From: Octopus bimaculoides
Taxonomy: Eukaryota
Direction of reading: 5' to 3'
Length of the DNA: 64,000 nucleotides
Assembly: GCF_001194135.2 (NCBI RefSeq)
Contig: NC_068998.1
Location: 900,619-964,618 of the forward strand
Shown here: positions 63,074-64,000 of the stretch, piece after piece
Numbering within the stretch: the stretch's first letter is position 1
Layout of the letters: each line of letters begins with the position of its first letter
Notes under the pieces: model-generated
Told to the model about the DNA's origin: nothing
The model's database searches: none
The model's input: only the letters and a program-made list of their open reading frames with translations
Made by a program: the position numbers and the translations under genes

Positions 63074-63834
63074 GTGAGAGAAACCATTTCTTGAATCTTC
63101 TGCATTTTGCGTCTCTCTTTCTTCCTTCTTTCCATTTCCTTCCAAACAGCTTTATATGAAATCCTCTCATTTCAGTGTGGGTTGACTATGTCTATATTCT
63201 TTTATTTTTTCTATCTCTTTCTTCTTCTAATCATTGGACAGAAGGGTTTAGTTGACCCCTGTACTTAGTTTTTCGTTAAGGTTGGGATTTATTTAATCGG
63301 TCTCTTTTGCTAAACCATGATTATCTTTTGTCCTCTAAAATAGAATGAGGTAAATACAGTGATTTTAGATTATATAGGACAGAGAACCGGAGAGACAGTG
63401 ACTTTCATGCCTTTCCCCCTGAGATTTAGTTGCTCAAGTGAAGTGAAATGACATCATCCGGGAAAGGAAATCGTAGAGGCAATATAAAGGTAGTTCACCT
63501 CCAGAGATATGAATGAAAAATGGAATATAAACAAGGGAAATAACTCATGTAGGCTCAGTTGTTGTGCAAGGGAGGCACCTTCAACATAATTAACGGTAAA
63601 AGGCTAAAATGGTATCATTTCTGGGTGAGGTAGGGTCGGGGGTTGGTTTTATAATCTGAGATATTTAAATACCATAGAAATTGGAATTGGTTGAGGGACT
63701 CTAGGGTTGTGACTAACTTTTGACTTTTTGTGACATGTATTCCTAGTTGTGACTGAGGCCATGCTAGAGCATTACTTCAAAGGGTTTTAGTTGAATGAAT
63801 AAATCCTAGTCCTCGTTTTTTTTTTAATGCTTGG

Positions 63835-63950
63835 TAAAGGCTTTGGCCAGTCCAGGGCTATAGTAGAAGATGCTTGCTTAAGGTAGCATGCAATAGGACT
63901 GAACCTGGAACCGTGTGGTTGGAAAGCTACCTTCTTACCACACAACCACT
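63835..63950 (-). mobile_element. Interspersed tRNA-derived SINE family B (GTGTGGTAAGAAG...AACCACATGGTTCC.GGTTCAGTCC...CAAGTGTCTTCTACTATAG). Other copies, approximate: 37301-37456, 50960-51066, 59800-59935, 60535-60665, 61070-61170 (all -)
   Basis: Six dispersed homologous copies in the window with a tRNA-like head. Confidence 0.8.
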
Positions 63951-64000
63951 TCCCCCCCCCCTCTCTCTCTATATATATATATACACTCACACACACACAC

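Overview
Eukaryotic, AT-rich draft genomic DNA, dense in microsatellites, with about 15 N-gaps. The repeat content and the protein sequences point to a coleoid cephalopod, probably Octopus (inference, no database search). Nearly all ORFs in the supplied track are artefacts of simple repeats or gaps; the real genes were rebuilt by hand from GT-AG exons with consistent phases. (1) A + strand molluscan muscle myosin regulatory light chain (RLC) gene (about 2.9-27.2 kb): a non-coding first exon, a 20-nt start micro-exon (MADD), two adjacent alternative N-terminal exons and five common exons. One alternative exon encodes the squid-mantle-type, non-phosphorylatable N-terminus ([17 protein letters not shown], 156-aa isoform). 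The other encodes a smooth/non-muscle-type N-terminus with the MLCK motif [13 protein letters not shown] (174-aa isoform). (2) A complete 12-coding-exon CCDC125 homologue on the - strand (48375->35665, 553 aa). (3) The first 8 coding exons of sideroflexin-5 (SFXN5) on the + strand (52282->63073, continuing past the window), head-to-head with CCDC125. The remainder is SINEs, decayed LINE fragments (RTE, CR1/Jockey-like, possibly Penelope), minisatellites and microsatellites. The most interesting signal is the one-gene RLC exon switch between two modes of myosin II regulation, with a candidate second start exon.
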